Below, in pieces: positions 60,937 to 64,000 of a DNA stretch of 64,000 nucleotides. The notes below the pieces were generated by a model. It was given only the letters and a program-made list of their open reading frames with translations. It was not told the origin of the DNA and ran no database searches. Each line of letters opens with the position of its first letter. The stretch's first letter is position 1. Source of the stretch: Leidyana gryllorum EB-2025a (Eukaryota; Protista; Apicomplexa); the NCBI GenBank assembly GCA_048772705.1, contig JBLWGC010000047.1:151243-215242 (forward strand), written 5' to 3'. The position numbers and the translations under genes are program-made.

Positions 60937-61184
60937 TGTGAGGTGAATGAGCCGTTCAGGCGACATGACGAGCACAGAGGGCCCCTACCGTGCGTACTTC
61001 TTTTTCGTAGACCATAGACGATATAGTTGGACTGAGTAGCACCGTTTCACCTCATTCTCCTCAATGGGATCTTACATCACAAATTCGGCATTGGAAGAGT
61101 TGATGGGACAGAGTGAGGAGACACGGGCAGTATGGTCTACTCACACAAACTTCTTTCATATTTTCACTTCTGTATCAATACTCA

Positions 61185-61732
61185 ATGGGCAATTCGGTAG
61201 AGCTATTTACCGCTCTCGGCGCGGCGTTCCTATTCCACTATCTGCGTATGGCGAGTCTTGCGCAAACTCGAGCGGGCGACGGCCAGAACTTGGTGGAAGC
61301 GGCTGGGGATTGGTTCCCGTCCGCACTATTGAGCGATTTGTAAGGTCGACTCGATCTGACCGACAGTAATGTTTCCAGACTTCTGATGCTTACGTGGTTC
61401 TGTTATGATCAATGGAGACAGATCTGCAAACAGAAGTGCACATGTTGCTGCTGTTGAGGTTCGGGAGGCGCAGAGGAGGGCAGCGTGGAGAGTGGGCGTG
61501 ATCGCCATCAGTGTCGCAATCTGAGCCCAACTGTGATGGATAATACTTTGAGAGTTGCGGATGTGGAGCATCAGCTTCCGACGATCCGGCAATGTACCCC
61601 ACCGTTATCTGCAACGGCCCTGCATGTCGCCTGAGGCAGGTTCCTCCAGGCCGCCTCCACGATCGGATGGTCCACTCAGGGCGCACAACACGTTTCAGGA
61701 GAATTGACTTTTGTGGGGCAAGCCGGAGTTGA
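61185..61732 (+). pseudogene. Cassette gene A copy 3, truncated by TGA at 61455 (pseudogene or short variant)
   Basis: MGNSVELF...; same 27-nt intron; tgc tgc tgt TGA replaces tgc tgc tgg gga. Confidence 0.55.
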
Positions 61733-62455
61733 GGCCTTCTGCTGAAACTAAAACAGATAGATAGTTAAATAGATTGGGTTATTAGGACTGCAAATGCAGT
61801 CGTCTGTGGTACAGAATAAAGCCACAAAAGCCGCTCACATTCGGGGCCCGCCAACAAGTGATTAAGACTAAAGATGTGAATTGGTTGCCGCTGTATGACA
61901 GCCCTCCTTGACTCGTTGATGGACAATGTAATAATCAACTACAGAGTATCAATCTTATGATCCCTCCCAGCACGGGTATTACTGTACTCAATGTTCGAGA
62001 ACACCTTCGGCGCCATGCTGATTCACCTCTGATTCAAAACAGAGAGTGATGTGCTTCTGCAATCAATATTCTTCCCTGTCTGCCGTATGTTGGAACGATT
62101 CGAAGGCAACCTTTGCCGTCACTTCCCGTATGCGGCATCCGGTTGCCGGTCATGGGGCACTGCTATGGTGCAAGCGACTCAGCGACTACAAGCTCAACCT
62201 TTGCCGTCATTTACCGTATGCGGCATCCGGTTGCCGGTCATGAGGCACTGGTATGGTGCGAACGACTCAGCGACTACAAGCTCAAAATGGATTGTCAGAA
62301 GCGAGACACGGGACACAATGATCTTCTGTGTCAACACAACGCGATGTTGCATCGGGAACTGTGGCGGCATGACCAAACGGCGCTGCCCACCCAATGACTT
62401 CAGCTCGCACACGGGTGTGTGTGCAAACACATTCCCCGACCCGTGGTGCTGACGA

Positions 62456-64000
62456 ATGCTCAGCGACCTCATCTGGGCCCAAATTCTGGGCTTTCTGCCG
62501 CTGTGGGAGCTGACACAACTGGCAGGAATTTCCAAACAGATATACAATATCCTTAATTCGGAAAGTTCATTGTTGGTTGCCAAACAGATCGCCCTCTGCC
62601 CGGCAGCGTGGGCCTGGGTACAGCGCGCCTCGTGGTTCGAGATATGGCTTCGCAGATCGTGCCCCCACGTGGTATCTGTGAGATTGTTCGGGTCTGGAGT
62701 GAAGAAGGTCATCGTCACTGACATGTTGCAGAAGATGTGCCAATGGGGTCTCCCCAGACTGACTGAGGCGATAATAGATGGACTCTTTCACAGTGGGGTT
62801 TCCCATACATTGAGTTTTCCCGAGCTGAAGGTTTTGGCCCTTCATTGGTGCCAGTTCTCCGGAGGATCGCTACAAATCGATGCTCCGAAATTGGAGTCTT
62901 TAGCTGTCAGGAGGCACCAGCTTCCTTACATTGACCACGATTTGGTGTTTGCACTGCGCCGGGCGGTGGGTGACGGACCCGATGACCTGATTGTGGTGGT
63001 GACGAAGCCAGAATTCAAATATTGGATCTGGATAGGCCAACACGTCCCCTCATCCGAAGTGAATGGCGGTTGGAAGACGTCTCCCTTCCTATCAGAGTAT
63101 CTGCCTCACCCGCGGGATTGGACGAGTGACCGACCGGATTTACACTACGCAACCACCTACACGTGGCCAAAAAGCGCGAGGTGAGGGGTTTTGGGGTTTC
63201 TCATTGGACAGTTCGCAGCGAGACGCAAAGGGTTGTCGATTACGTTATGAGAGAGTGGACCGATCGCGAGCGTCATATGCATCCGCATTGTCGCACATTT
63301 TTGGAGGAGGTCCGTTGGGGCAAATATTTTCCTGCGCAATGGATAGTCAACGAGCCTCAGGAGAATGGACGATCTATTCCGCACGCGTATTCGAGCTTGG
63401 GATGGTTCCGGTTGGCACGCACACAGGATTTGGAATCATTGTCTCCCTTGTGGACGGCGCTCCCATTGACAGAACCTCCCGCTGTATACCCGCCCAGTTG
63501 CATAGGGCTGGCGAGTGATCACACAGCGTATCTGAGTGCCACCGGCTTCCGACGTCGAATCCATTGGACCGAGCTGAGACGAATTTTCTATGTCAACACC
63601 GACGCCATTCCGACTCTGACGGAAGAATCAATCAAAGGCTTACCCTTCCAGAATTTGAAGCGGATTGAATTACCGCTGAGAGGATGGGAGCTCGTTGACA
63701 CACTGTCCAGAGGCGGGGCGCGTCCCTGTTGGCCTCCTGACTGTGTTCGAGTTCTCTGCCTTCACACCAAACGCGATGACCCCCCGGAAGCTATTGAACG
63801 TCTGATTGAGAGCTGTCAAATCCAATATGTCGGTGTTACCGGAATACCCGACAATATCGCGAAGCTGACTGACTGGTTTCTGGTTGGGCACTCTATTTGG
63901 CGACGAAATGGCCTTCGGATCCGTTTCGGCCTCCAAGCTGCAGCACTCCTACATTACCCGTGGCCTAAGGTGCAATTGGAACTCGTCTCCGGGCTCTACA
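62456..64000 (+). CDS. Cassette gene B copy 3: F-box/LRR-like protein, partial
   Basis: Intron 63181-63218; last exon open to the window end. Confidence 0.7.

Larger units (their letters stand above)
53999..64000 (+). repeat. Tandem array of a ~3.5 kb two-gene cassette, three copies, third truncated by window end
   Basis: Equivalent ATGs at 55455, 58931, 62456 (periods 3476 and 3525 bp). Confidence 0.97.

Noticed and set aside
1-64000. tRNA/rRNA genes, telomeric repeats, prokaryotic origin of the contig
   Set aside because: None recognised by eye (needs tRNAscan/Infernal to exclude); spliceosomal introns, clathrin, CCT and COPE show the DNA is eukaryotic.

Overview
Eukaryotic DNA from a very compact alveolate genome, most likely a gregarine-type apicomplexan (inference from gene content, ~27-50 nt GT-AG introns and 5-80 bp intergenic gaps). 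The ORF track is fragmented by these mini-introns; I re-joined exons by hand, so exon boundaries are predictions. Positions 1-50 kb are a gene-dense core: divergent cyclin, class-3 lipase, K+-independent H+-pyrophosphatase, TMEM33, ISN1 nucleotidase, TTC33-like, CCT1, RAD5-like helicase, clathrin heavy chain, COP-epsilon, HP1-like, a degenerate PRPP synthetase, and a TRF4 / SWIM / pseudo-TRF4 cluster. From ~49.9 kb the window becomes accessory: an intronless bacterial-type DUF4241 gene, a decayed Ty3/gypsy pol remnant, and a ~3.5 kb tandem array (3 copies, running off the window) of a two-gene cassette (hypervariable small membrane protein + F-box/LRR-like protein). The most striking candidate system is a head-to-head pair of secreted proteins at 15.3-20.5 kb: one with three HYR/Ig-like repeats around a mucin stalk, the other with an apparent zona pellucida (ZP-N+ZP-C) module joined to about twelve 22-aa beta-hairpin repeats. 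All domain calls are by-eye motif recognition, not database results.
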